This document shows positions 18,851 through 27,439 of a stretch of 32,000 nt of DNA, piece by piece. Below the pieces are notes generated by a model. It ran no database searches, was not told the origin of the DNA, and was given only the letters and a program-made list of their open reading frames with translations. Both the position numbers and the translations under genes were made by a program. The number at the start of each line of letters is the position of its first letter. Within the stretch, counting starts at the first letter, position 1. Where the stretch lies: contig NC_006512.1 of NCBI RefSeq assembly GCF_000008465.1, positions 1,920,001 through 1,952,000 on the forward strand. Reading direction: 5' to 3'. Source of the stretch: Idiomarina loihiensis L2TR (GTDB lineage Bacteria > Pseudomonadota > Gammaproteobacteria > Enterobacterales > Alteromonadaceae).

Positions 18851-19432
18851 ATGGCATTTGAACTACCGGCTCTTCCATACGAGAAAAACGCTCTGGCACC
18901 GCACATTTCAGAAGAAACTCTGGAATACCATTATGGTAAGCATCACGCAACTTACGTGAGCAAACTGAACGATGCGGTTAAAGGTACCGACCTTGAAAGC
19001 AAGTCTCTGGAAGACATTATTAAGTCTGAAAAAGGCGGCCTGTTCAACAACGCTGCACAAGTATGGAACCACACTTTCTACTGGAACTGCCTAAGCCCGA
19101 ACGGCGGCGGCGAACCAACAGGCGCGATTGCTGACGCAATTAACGCTAAATTCGGTTCTTTCGACAAATTTAAAGAAGAGTTCAACGCAAGCGCTGCCGG
19201 CAACTTCGGTTCTGGCTGGACATGGCTGGTGAAAAAATCTGACGGTTCTGTCGATTTGTTCAACACAGACGACGCAGATACCCCAGTTGCGCACGATGGC
19301 GTAGAGCCACTGTTAACTGTTGATGTGTGGGAACACGCTTACTACATCGACTACCGTAACTCTCGTCCTAACTACTTAGAAGCTTTCTGGAAGCTGGTAA
19401 ACTGGGACTTCGTAAACAAGAACTTTGCTTAA
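18851..19432 (+). CDS. sodB: Iron superoxide dismutase
   Basis: [32 protein letters not shown]..., [11 protein letters not shown] and [13 protein letters not shown] are the Fe/Mn-SOD signature. The AAQ..NHTFYW context favours the Fe type. The ATG at 18851 has a GGAGAG SD; the track start at 18803 is probably too long. Confidence 0.95.
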   Translation: MAFELPALPYEKNALAPHISEETLEYHYGKHHATYVSKLNDAVKGTDLESKSLEDIIKSEKGGLFNNAAQVWNHTFYWNCLSPNGGGEPTGAIADAINAKFGSFDKFKEEFNASAAGNFGSGWTWLVKKSDGSVDLFNTDDADTPVAHDGVEPLLTVDVWEHAYYIDYRNSRPNYLEAFWKLVNWDFVNKNFA

Positions 19433-19460
19433 AGCAGACTTGTGAATGATTAAAAAAGGC

Positions 19461-19471
19461 GCCGTTTGGCG
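19461..19471. repeat. Left copy of the 11-bp target-site duplication GCCGTTTGGCG of the IS4-family element
   Basis: Identical 11-mer at 20912-20922, immediately outside the other IS end. Confidence 0.85.
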
Positions 19472-19489
19472 TAATGCTTGTCAGTTAAG

Positions 19490-20815
19490 CTAACTGGCTG
19501 TCGGTTTAGAAGGCGGTCGCATCGGATAACGTTGCGGCCGCCTTTTTATTGAACGAGGGTAATATCGCTCTCGTCTTTCGGGCAGCACGAATGCGCTGGC
19601 CATTTCCATCATTTGCTCCATGACTTTGGGTATTTTTCCGGGTGAGATGTGTACCAGTATATGTAACTGCCCCACCAGATAATGAGAGGCTTGTTTGAAA
19701 CTTATTTGATTCGGCTCAATATGCTTCAGGCTATAGGCCATTTGCGCCATCATATACCGCAATAAGTTATAAGCGACCAGCATGCCCCACAACTCCTGCT
19801 CAACCAGGTCAGGCCGTTTGCTGCGCAGGGTCAGCTCACTCTTCAGCATATATTGTTTCATTTCACGGTAAGCCTGCTCGATTTCCCAGCGATGAGCATA
19901 TAAGTCAACGATATCGGCTTCAGGATAACGCATCGTGTCTGTCATTGAGGTTAATATCGCAACCTCTTTTTTAGCTATTTTCTTACACACTAAACGCGCC
20001 TGAACAGTGTCCGGTGCATTATCCCACTTCTTCTTAGCTTGTGGTGAGAGCCTAATTTCTACCAATTTGTCCGTGTCGCTAAAAGACTTCTTGACAGAGT
20101 ATTGTGCGCCTTTTCTGAGGGGAATAAGCCAATGGCGCTCCTCACCGGCACGATGCCATTGATCCAGTAAACCCAGCGCATAAAACCCTTTATCGAACAG
20201 CGTCAGTGAGTGGTCCGGCGTCTGTTCAATCAGCCGGGCTGCCAGGTCTACTTCACTAACCTCTGCAATACTGCCGAACTCCGTCGAGGTGACTAAATGG
20301 CTGCTTACTTCCATTTGATTCACCATCCGAATTTGAGGATAGTCGGATTCAGCCCGCTGGTTAGCCGTTCGCCCATAGGAAGCATCATTCTCCGGTGTGT
20401 CCGGTGTACGCCAGACGGTGCCGTCGACAGCCAGAACCGATAGATTATTCCAGTGAGAAAGCGGTAGTTTATCGAACCACAGCTCATTAGTGAGCTCAAA
20501 CATACGCTTCATAACATTAGCCCCCAAACGCTGACGAGCCTGAACTACGGCACTCGGCGCAACGTAAGGTCTTTTGCCGGGCAACATTAAATCAAGGTGT
20601 GAAACGAGCTGACGCATCGGCATTTCCCGAAATAATGCCATTCCTACGACCGCCCAGACCATAAAGTCCATTGGCAAACGGCGTTTGCGTACCGTTGTAA
20701 CGCCCGCGTCTTCAAGGCATTGTTCGATTAACTCAGGCTCCAGCAGATCCGGTAGTTTACTAAAATCATCCGGCGTAAACTCCTGCAGTTGGTCCAGTGC
20801 TTGACTCAGAAACAT
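19490..20815 (-). CDS. IS4 family DDE transposase
   Basis: 441 aa from the ATG at 20815 ([13 protein letters not shown]...). It has an N-terminal IS4-type domain, then LAVDGT (D), FDKGFY (D) and the YxxRWxIEqxyrEmK motif ([15 protein letters not shown]) of IS4-family DDE enzymes. The track start at 20875 would place a perfect 15-bp hairpin inside the coding sequence, so I prefer 20815. Confidence 0.9.
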   Translation of the reverse strand: MFLSQALDQLQEFTPDDFSKLPDLLEPELIEQCLEDAGVTTVRKRRLPMDFMVWAVVGMALFREMPMRQLVSHLDLMLPGKRPYVAPSAVVQARQRLGANVMKRMFELTNELWFDKLPLSHWNNLSVLAVDGTVWRTPDTPENDASYGRTANQRAESDYPQIRMVNQMEVSSHLVTSTEFGSIAEVSEVDLAARLIEQTPDHSLTLFDKGFYALGLLDQWHRAGEERHWLIPLRKGAQYSVKKSFSDTDKLVEIRLSPQAKKKWDNAPDTVQARLVCKKIAKKEVAILTSMTDTMRYPEADIVDLYAHRWEIEQAYREMKQYMLKSELTLRSKRPDLVEQELWGMLVAYNLLRYMMAQMAYSLKHIEPNQISFKQASHYLVGQLHILVHISPGKIPKVMEQMMEMASAFVLPERRERYYPRSIKRRPQRYPMRPPSKPTAS

Positions 20816-20817
20816 AA

Positions 20818-20852
20818 AAAATCCGTAGTTAGAAAACCTAACTACGGATTTT
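20818..20852 (-). terminator. Perfect 15-bp hairpin plus U-run immediately upstream of the transposase start, inside the IS
   Basis: AAAATCCGTAGTTAG (20818-20832), a 5-nt loop, then CTAACTACGGATTTT (20838-20852). Read on the minus strand, the stem is followed by T6 and then the ATG. Confidence 0.45.
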
Positions 20853-20911
20853 GAAGTCTCTGCCGGATCGGTCAACCGATCGCTAAAATTTTTCTTAACT
20901 GATCGGCATTA

Positions 20912-20922
20912 GCCGTTTGGCG
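20912..20922. repeat. Right copy of the 11-bp target-site duplication GCCGTTTGGCG
   Basis: Identical to 19461-19471. Confidence 0.85.
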
Positions 20923-20934
20923 CCTTTTTTGTTA

Positions 20935-21930
20935 CTAAAATATATTATCCAACTGCTCACGATAACGGTCAAACGCTTCAAACTGCGGCATATGACCAAG
21001 GCCTTTCAGCTCATACAAATGACCATCAGGAATTTGCTCAACCACTATTTCGCCTAGTTGGTCGTAGCGGCCCAGCTGATAATCAACGCCTTCTTTTTTC
21101 CAGCCACGCCCGGGGCCTGTGGTGTCACGGGTTCCCAGAATTAAATGCGTTGGTACCGTTAATTGGTCAAACTCGTTAGACACATTGCCGGTAAAAATCA
21201 TGTCGTACGTCAACGCGTTATTCCAAGCTACCAGATCCCAGTCGCCGCCGTTTATCCACCCTTCGTGAATTTTAATTAACGCTTCGTAATCCTCTGACCA
21301 TTTACCGTCATAGTAATTTTTCTTCTGGTAGGCCCGGACTTTATCAATGGTTTTGCCCTGCTCGTTCTCATAAAAGAAGGCCGGATCTTTGTATTGCACA
21401 TAACGCAGATAGTCTTCCAGGCCTACCGGGTTAACCAACACCAGTTTCTCGACATTGTCGGCATGGTTCAGGGCATAGCGGGTAGCCAGCATGCCGCCCA
21501 TAGAATGACCCATCACAACAAGCTCATCTATTCCCAGCGACTCCACTAACCCTTTAGTGTTATCTGCCAGAGCTTCAAAAGAAAACTGATAATGCTCCGG
21601 TTTGGAGGACTTACCAAAACCGATTTGGTCCGGCATAAGTACCCCGTAGCCTTTTTCGTGAAGATAGTTAGCGGTCTTTTCCCAATAATCGGCGGCAAAA
21701 TTCTTGCCATGCAGCAGCAATACAGTCGGCTGGCCATCTTCTGCGGGTAAGTGCATGTAAGCCATTTCCAGCTTCTGCCGTTGGCTGTCGAATTCAAAGT
21801 TATGGACTTCAAAAGGGTAAGAATAACTACTCAAACGAGCATCGTATTTCGGAGCATGGTCGTCAGCAGAAGCCTGCGCTGTCAGCCCAAATAGAAAAGC
21901 GGTAAACACGGTATAAATCCAGGTACGCAT
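20935..21930 (-). CDS. Secreted alpha/beta-fold hydrolase
   Basis: HGKNF oxyanion region, GHSMGG nucleophile elbow, C-terminal GHMPQ histidine motif. The ATG at 21930 (AAGGA SD) gives the signal peptide MRTWIYTVFTAFLFGLTAQASA. The track start at 21978 is probably too long. Confidence 0.85.
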   Translation of the reverse strand: MRTWIYTVFTAFLFGLTAQASADDHAPKYDARLSSYSYPFEVHNFEFDSQRQKLEMAYMHLPAEDGQPTVLLLHGKNFAADYWEKTANYLHEKGYGVLMPDQIGFGKSSKPEHYQFSFEALADNTKGLVESLGIDELVVMGHSMGGMLATRYALNHADNVEKLVLVNPVGLEDYLRYVQYKDPAFFYENEQGKTIDKVRAYQKKNYYDGKWSEDYEALIKIHEGWINGGDWDLVAWNNALTYDMIFTGNVSNEFDQLTVPTHLILGTRDTTGPGRGWKKEGVDYQLGRYDQLGEIVVEQIPDGHLYELKGLGHMPQFEAFDRYREQLDNIF

Positions 21931-22053
21931 GTGCAAGTCCTTAGTTTGATTTTTAATCGTTACTATCTCGGTCAGCATTTAGACACGATAGTTCCATTTT
22001 GGAAAAGATACAAAGCTAACCGCAGACATCATTTAACCCACACAATCTCTTTT

Positions 22054-23472
22054 TTAGTCACTAGCTCTAGGACAGTTATGGCAGGTTGATTCATACTCCT
22101 TCCTGAATTTATCAGCAAAAGGAATCTCAAGTGTGTCCTCAAGCTCATTGTTAACCACCTGAAATTCGAGAAGTTCATCACGAGACAGCCAATGAATAGA
22201 ATTATGGGAGGCAGATTTAATCGAAAACCAGTAAAAATCATCCGCCCCAAGCATTTCATCGGTATAAATTCGGTGCAAATCATGAGCCGTGTCATGACGC
22301 GGAAAGTCCGTTGCTGGCTTACAATGAGATGCTTCAGCACTGTCGGAACACTGAGCCCACGAATGCACACCAACATGCGCCCCCTGGCCAACAGAGCGTT
22401 TCACTCCGGCCAAAAACAAGCTAACTCCCCCTGATGCCGCCACGCCATTGGAAATCAAATGCGTGTGAAGCCCTTTTTGGCGTATATACCGACCCAGTCT
22501 AAGCGTATCCCGATCATTGACAGAGCCGCCGTTAGCAGTGAACACAATTCGCTGAACGCCAGGGTGGGCTTCCAATGTTGATATCACCTTATCAGCCGTA
22601 TTACCGTCGAAGGTGCCGAGTAAATATAAGTTCGTATCAACCACAGCAACTGTTGTCTCACTATCTACCTCATTTTTTTCAGCTGTACGACTCGGTAATG
22701 CATCAATAGAAGTCAAAATCTCACGTGTGATTTTTTCGCGTTTCGCAAGATCAGCCATCCGGTTCGGTGTGTCGATGTTCAATGCGAAAAACACCGAACC
22801 TTCAGGCCATTCGACCCAGCCTACCCACCAGCCAAATCGACCTTCCCAACCGGTTTTTGCTCGCAAAATCCAGTTCCGCTCAGCTTCAACAATCATCAGA
22901 TCTTTTATTAGCCGCTGATGTTCTACCGCAAAAGGCAGTTCGTTACGGTAAAGCCTTTGCAAAAAGGCAATCTGTTCATTGGCAGAAATAGCCAACTGAC
23001 CATCCAGCCAATAATTACGGACATCGTCAGACGGGTCTGCATTTCCATAATCAATGCGCTTTAAGTAGCTTTTCGCTTTTTCGGCTCCAATATCCTCCGC
23101 AAACTGCTGATAAACCCAAACAGTTGAGTTACGTATAGCCGAGCGCAGATTCTGGTCACTATTATGTCCGGCAAAACTGCGTTCCACTCCATCCCACTTA
23201 AACACCTCGAACTCGTCCTGAACGACGCCAGCATCAAGGGCAAAAAGTGTGTGTGGGATCTTAAATGTTGAGGCTGGCGAAAACCGTTTTGCAGCTCTTT
23301 CTTTATCAAACACCAGAGTCGTCTGCTCGCTATCACGTCCATCGACTACGACAATGGTGCCCTCAGCCTCATATTTTTCGAATACGCTTCCCCAATCAGA
23401 GCGCTCCTGAGTCTCCGCACAAACGGGAACGGCAAAGCTCAATATAAAAAGCACGAGTAAGCTAATTTTCAT
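22054..23472 (-). CDS. Class D (OXA-like) beta-lactamase domain fused to a C-terminal ClpP/SppA-like (clan SK-like) domain; secreted
   Basis: 472 aa with signal peptide MKISLLVLFILSFAVPVCA. Residues about 20-260 carry all class D motifs at near-canonical spacing: S68-T-F-K71, S116-T-V118, Y142-G-N144, W155, K206-T-G208. Residues about 275-472 (FTANGGSVNDRDTLRLGRYIRQKG...ISNGVAASGGVSLFLAGVKRSVGQGAHVGVHSW) parallel the ClpP core INSPGGSV...GQAASMGAFLLAAGAKGKR...MIHQP, including Ser and His at equivalent spacing. One uninterrupted frame; GGAGA SD. Confidence 0.8.
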   Translation of the reverse strand: MKISLLVLFILSFAVPVCAETQERSDWGSVFEKYEAEGTIVVVDGRDSEQTTLVFDKERAAKRFSPASTFKIPHTLFALDAGVVQDEFEVFKWDGVERSFAGHNSDQNLRSAIRNSTVWVYQQFAEDIGAEKAKSYLKRIDYGNADPSDDVRNYWLDGQLAISANEQIAFLQRLYRNELPFAVEHQRLIKDLMIVEAERNWILRAKTGWEGRFGWWVGWVEWPEGSVFFALNIDTPNRMADLAKREKITREILTSIDALPSRTAEKNEVDSETTVAVVDTNLYLLGTFDGNTADKVISTLEAHPGVQRIVFTANGGSVNDRDTLRLGRYIRQKGLHTHLISNGVAASGGVSLFLAGVKRSVGQGAHVGVHSWAQCSDSAEASHCKPATDFPRHDTAHDLHRIYTDEMLGADDFYWFSIKSASHNSIHWLSRDELLEFQVVNNELEDTLEIPFADKFRKEYESTCHNCPRASD

Positions 23473-23688
23473 GTTGTCTCCAAAAGGTCTGGCGCTGCGT
23501 TTTTATTCTATGGCTTAATTAAAGGGCATCTGTGGAACTTGTGCTATAACAGTCCTTGGGTTCCACAACTATTTACTACACCATAGCCAGTAAGAGTACC
23601 GCAATAAAATTTACGTTACACGAAAGTGACGCTGGCCGCTGAGGCGGCTACACTGTGCATTATTACTCGCTTTAACGGAGGCTCTATT

Positions 23689-26049
23689 ATGCACGGCAGC
23701 TCACTTGGTCAATTCGGCAACTATCTGCGAGAAAAATGGGCCTCTCCGCGTCGCATTCGGTTCTGGCTGTTGGTACTGGTTATTCTCTACACCTTGCTGG
23801 GCTTTTTTGCCCTACCCTGGGTAATCCAATACGTTGCGGTGAATACGGCTAAAGAAGATTTTGGTCGCGAGTTGCGCATAGAGTCGGTGCACACTAACCC
23901 GTATACACTAACGCTTAGAATGAACGGCGTTACGCTAAATGACAAAGATGACCGGCAGTTACTTGGCTGGGGTAATCTGCTTGTCAACCTGGAATGGTCG
24001 AGCATTATTGACCAAACCTGGACTTTCGAAGCAATTCGCATAGACAAGCTAATGATTCAGGAAGAACGCTTTGTCTCAGGTGAAACGCGCTTCTCCCGTC
24101 TTGCCGCCGAAAGCTCTGGCCCAGAAGCTGGGAAAGAAAAAGCAGAGAAAGAAGAGTCTGCGGAAATGCCTGCCTTACGCATCAGAGACTTTAAGTTGGA
24201 AAACGGCATTCTGCGTTTTGCTGACAATCTAAAAGACGTAACAGCAGCTGACGACGCCGAACCCAAACAAGTGTCTCTGGCTCTGCAGAACATAGGCCTT
24301 TCCGTAAAGGATTTCACCCTGCAAAATGACGCGAGCTTCCCGCTACGCCTGAATGGTCAGCTTACAAAGGGCGGTAAACTCGCCTTCGACGGAACTTTTC
24401 AATTATTGCCGAGCCCAGCTCTGGAAGGAAATGCCGAAATTAATGAGTTGGCGTTTAAGCAGGCAGCCCCTTACCTCCAGCAATTTATGAACGTGCAGCT
24501 CGAAAACGGAACCCTGACCCTGAATGGACAAATGAGTACCAATGCACAACAACCTTTTGCTTTTAAAGGCTCTGCCAGCATCAACACGCTGAATATCAAA
24601 GAAGCCTCTAACGACGAGACTCTCCTTGGATGGGATAGCCTTCAAACCGGACAGTTTGATTTGAACATAGCAAGCAAAGAAATTGAAACAGCGCCCATTG
24701 TCGTTAAAGGCTTGTCTGCCCGGGTGGTCATTAACCAGGACAAAACCACTAACTTCGGACAACTTGTCGTTGATACGCCAGCCGACACAAAAGGCGATAC
24801 AAATAAAAGCGAGGAAACCCAACCGTTCGGTATCACTATAGAAGGTGTTGAGCTGTCTGACGGAGACGTTCAGTTTGCCGATAAATCTCTGCCGCTGCCC
24901 TTCTCTACAAGTATTCATACGCTAAGCGGAGAAGTGTCTACTTTGAGTTCAGATTCGTCTGAGCCCGCACGGGTGAAGTTTGAAGGCGAGGTTGCAGAAT
25001 ATGGCCTGGCACAGGTAAACGGCACCGTTCACGCCTGGCATCCAACGCGCCAGACGACTATTAATGTCAGATTCCGTAACCTTCAGATCCCGGAATACTC
25101 TCCCTATACCGTGAACTTCGCTGGCCGAAAAATAGCAGACGGCACGATGGATCTTGATCTCGACTACACCGTTAATGAGGAGAAGCTAGACGGACAAAAT
25201 AACTTGGTGCTACATGACCTGAAACTCGGCGAAAAAATGGAATCCAGCGACGCGATGGATCTACCGCTGGACCTCGCCATTGCATTGCTGCAGGACAGCG
25301 ACGGTGTCATTGACCTAAATCTTCCCGTGAGTGGAGATGTTGGCAACCCGCAGTTCGACTTTGGCAAAGTTATCCAACAGGCTGTGGGAGACGCTATTAA
25401 GTCTGTCGTTACCGCACCTTTCAGCTTTTTAGCTAACCTTGTGGGCGCGGACTCAGAAGAAATGGGTAAAGTCGAGTTTCCGGAAGGTCGTACCCATTTG
25501 CTCCCACCCCAGCGTGAACGCATTGCTAAGCTTCGCGAAGCACTCAACAAGCGGCCAGCTCTGGCTTTGGAGCTAGCTGGTCCATTCAACCAGGCTTTCG
25601 ATGCTCCTGCTCTGAAAGAAGATAAAGCGATGAAAGTTTTACAACAACGTCTGGCGGAAGAAGGAAGCGAGGTAGAGGAACCCAGCCTGACCAGCGAGTC
25701 GAGTCAGGACGCTATGGAGGCAATATTTTCCTCTCATTACCCGGACACAGAACTCGAAGCCCTGAAAGACCGCTTCACTGAAAAACCAAGTGAAGCATCC
25801 AATGAAGAGAAATTCGATGCGCTGGCCTATCGCAACCACTTAGCTGAAAAGGTAATAGCCGCGCAATCGATTACAAATGAGGAACTCAAAGCCATTGCAA
25901 ATGCACGTGCAGAGACTGTACGCGACGCTTTGGTCAACAATTCGGAGAGCGGTATATCTGCTGACCGGGTGCGTATTAGAGAGCCTCAGGAAGTCGATTC
26001 AGTAGAAGGCGAACGGATTGCCATGGAACTTGCTGTTACAACGGATTAA
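23689..26049 (+). CDS. DUF748 domain-containing large envelope protein (AsmA-like superfamily)
   Basis: 786 aa from the ATG at 23689 (GGAGG SD). It has an N-terminal TM anchor (FWLLVLVILYTLLGFFALPWVI), then repetitive beta-rich segments (ESVHTNPYTLTLRMNGVTLNDKD..., IRDFKLENGILRFAD...) as in DUF748/AsmA-like proteins. The family assignment is from memory. Confidence 0.7.
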   Translation: MHGSSLGQFGNYLREKWASPRRIRFWLLVLVILYTLLGFFALPWVIQYVAVNTAKEDFGRELRIESVHTNPYTLTLRMNGVTLNDKDDRQLLGWGNLLVNLEWSSIIDQTWTFEAIRIDKLMIQEERFVSGETRFSRLAAESSGPEAGKEKAEKEESAEMPALRIRDFKLENGILRFADNLKDVTAADDAEPKQVSLALQNIGLSVKDFTLQNDASFPLRLNGQLTKGGKLAFDGTFQLLPSPALEGNAEINELAFKQAAPYLQQFMNVQLENGTLTLNGQMSTNAQQPFAFKGSASINTLNIKEASNDETLLGWDSLQTGQFDLNIASKEIETAPIVVKGLSARVVINQDKTTNFGQLVVDTPADTKGDTNKSEETQPFGITIEGVELSDGDVQFADKSLPLPFSTSIHTLSGEVSTLSSDSSEPARVKFEGEVAEYGLAQVNGTVHAWHPTRQTTINVRFRNLQIPEYSPYTVNFAGRKIADGTMDLDLDYTVNEEKLDGQNNLVLHDLKLGEKMESSDAMDLPLDLAIALLQDSDGVIDLNLPVSGDVGNPQFDFGKVIQQAVGDAIKSVVTAPFSFLANLVGADSEEMGKVEFPEGRTHLLPPQRERIAKLREALNKRPALALELAGPFNQAFDAPALKEDKAMKVLQQRLAEEGSEVEEPSLTSESSQDAMEAIFSSHYPDTELEALKDRFTEKPSEASNEEKFDALAYRNHLAEKVIAAQSITNEELKAIANARAETVRDALVNNSESGISADRVRIREPQEVDSVEGERIAMELAVTTD

Positions 26050-26082
26050 TCCGCCCACGCTGTTGGAGCACAGCAATATTCG

Positions 26083-26850
26083 TCAGCAAGGACGCTGTCG
26101 GTAGAACTGACATAACAACCGGTAAACCTCGGGCATGTGCTCTTTCATGTTCTGTGGGTCTTCAAAAAAGGTTTCGCTGCATACCGCGAAAAATTCAGCA
26201 GGGCTGGTTAACGAATAGCCATCAAGCGGTAACGGCCTATGATGGATAGAATCGCTCTGCAACCTTTCCCAGGCCGCCGAAAAAATATCGTGCCATTCGC
26301 CGGGCTTCATATCCGGATGCATAGGCGGCGCGCCGTTGGCACCATCGCGCAACATATCGAGTTTATGGGCAAACTCATGAATAACAACATTACTGGCTTT
26401 TCCGTGACGAGCATGAGGCCCTGTTTGACATACCGACTGCCAGGATAGAATCAAAGGACCGCGCAGCCATGCTTCACCGCTTAACCCCGGGCTTTGAGGG
26501 TGAACAACGCCGTCGTCGCTCCGATACGGACGATTAGGAACAAAGTCCCCTTCGTAAAGAATAATGGTGTATAAATGATCGTACCAATCTAATCCAAGGT
26601 GCAAAATGGGCACACAAGCCATGGTTGCTATTTTTAGGCACATCGCATCGGTGAACTGAAAATCCCCGCCTGACGCAAAGTTTTTACGAACCAGAAAACG
26701 AAGCGCCATATCTCGCAGAGCATCGCGCTCCGCGCCTTGATAGCGCGCCATTACCGGCCAGTCAGCTACCGCTGACTCCCACTCACTTATCGTGAAACCC
26801 ATTTTTCTAATGCGTCTGTTCTCAAACCAATTACGTAATCGTTTAAACAT
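26083..26850 (-). CDS. mtfA: MtfA-like zinc-dependent peptidase (M90 family; Mlc titration factor A homologue)
   Basis: HEFAHKLD zinc motif, ..PAEFFAVCSETFF.., and a C-terminal LCQFYRQRP tail that parallels E. coli MtfA (HEVAHKLD, PAECFAVLSEYFF, FCQFYQQDP). I prefer the ATG at 26850 over the TTG at 26871. Confidence 0.85.
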   Translation of the reverse strand: MFKRLRNWFENRRIRKMGFTISEWESAVADWPVMARYQGAERDALRDMALRFLVRKNFASGGDFQFTDAMCLKIATMACVPILHLGLDWYDHLYTIILYEGDFVPNRPYRSDDGVVHPQSPGLSGEAWLRGPLILSWQSVCQTGPHARHGKASNVVIHEFAHKLDMLRDGANGAPPMHPDMKPGEWHDIFSAAWERLQSDSIHHRPLPLDGYSLTSPAEFFAVCSETFFEDPQNMKEHMPEVYRLLCQFYRQRPC

Positions 26851-26891
26851 GGCATTCTCGGCGTTGAACAAAAACGCAATAGTGAAATTGA

Positions 26892-27206
26892 TTAACTACT
26901 TGGCTTCGCATGGGTTTGCACTCCTTTCCCTGAAAACACCCAGCCGCTTAAACCATCCTGGTTAATCTGAATGGCCATAAAGTCTTTGCCGTATCGTATA
27001 CGTTTAACGTCATGGTCAGTTCCGGCCGGAACATCGAATACAACGCTGCACCCCGGTTTATTGGAGTAACCACATTCCCAATTGCTGTAAGCCGATACAG
27101 CTTCCGTAATTTTTACTTTATTGCCACGATCACTAGCAATATCAGCAGCCCATAGACCCAATATCACCAGGCAAATAGCGATTATTATTCCAATACTCAG
27201 TTTCAT
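26892..27206 (-). CDS. Hypothetical membrane-anchored small protein (possible SH3-like beta domain)
   Basis: 104 aa with an N-terminal TM helix (LSIGIIIAICLVILGLWA). Its ATG overlaps the upstream stop as ATGA at 27203-27206. Confidence 0.55.
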   Translation of the reverse strand: MKLSIGIIIAICLVILGLWAADIASDRGNKVKITEAVSAYSNWECGYSNKPGCSVVFDVPAGTDHDVKRIRYGKDFMAIQINQDGLSGWVFSGKGVQTHAKPSS

Positions 27207-27439
27207 TGCCAACCCAGCTCTTTATATGTTTTTTTATCCTGCTCCGGGAAGCCACTTATGTATTCTCCCCAGCCCATATACTCGTAATATTTGGTCATAG
27301 CTTCAAAGTAAGATGAAGCTTCGCAGGTCCAGGCAAGCTTCGCTCCAGGCCCTAACAAGCCACGGGCACTGTCACCTCGAGGGCCGGAAAGACAAAACGT
27401 CTGTGAGTTTTCACCTTCAGTCCATAGTTCGTGTTTCAT
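27203..27439 (-). CDS. Hypothetical small cytoplasmic protein (78 aa)
   Basis: MKHELWTEGENSQTFCLSGPRGDSARGLL..AKLAWTCEASSYFEAMTKYYEYMGWGEY. ATGA overlaps occur at both ends, so it is translationally coupled to both neighbours. It resembles a widespread uncharacterised small-protein family as I recall it; no function is known to me. Confidence 0.55.
   Translation of the reverse strand: MKHELWTEGENSQTFCLSGPRGDSARGLLGPGAKLAWTCEASSYFEAMTKYYEYMGWGEYISGFPEQDKKTYKELGWQ

Larger units (their letters stand above)
19472..20911 (-). mobile_element. Complete IS4-family insertion sequence (1440 bp)
   Basis: Terminal inverted repeats are TAATGCTTGTCAGTTAAG (19472-19489) and the reverse complement of 20894-20911, TAATGCCGATCAGTTAAG (15/18 identical). 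It carries a single DDE transposase ORF and is flanked by an 11-bp direct repeat. Size, IR length and duplication length fit what I recall of IS4 proper. Confidence 0.9.

Noticed and set aside
21546-25839. Nested ORFs 21546-21812, 22029-22391, 22192-22434, 22613-22991, 23061-23447, 23787-24918 and 25164-25839
   Set aside because: They are alternative frames or antisense strands of the alpha/beta hydrolase, OXA-fusion and DUF748 genes, without independent SD sequences or motifs.
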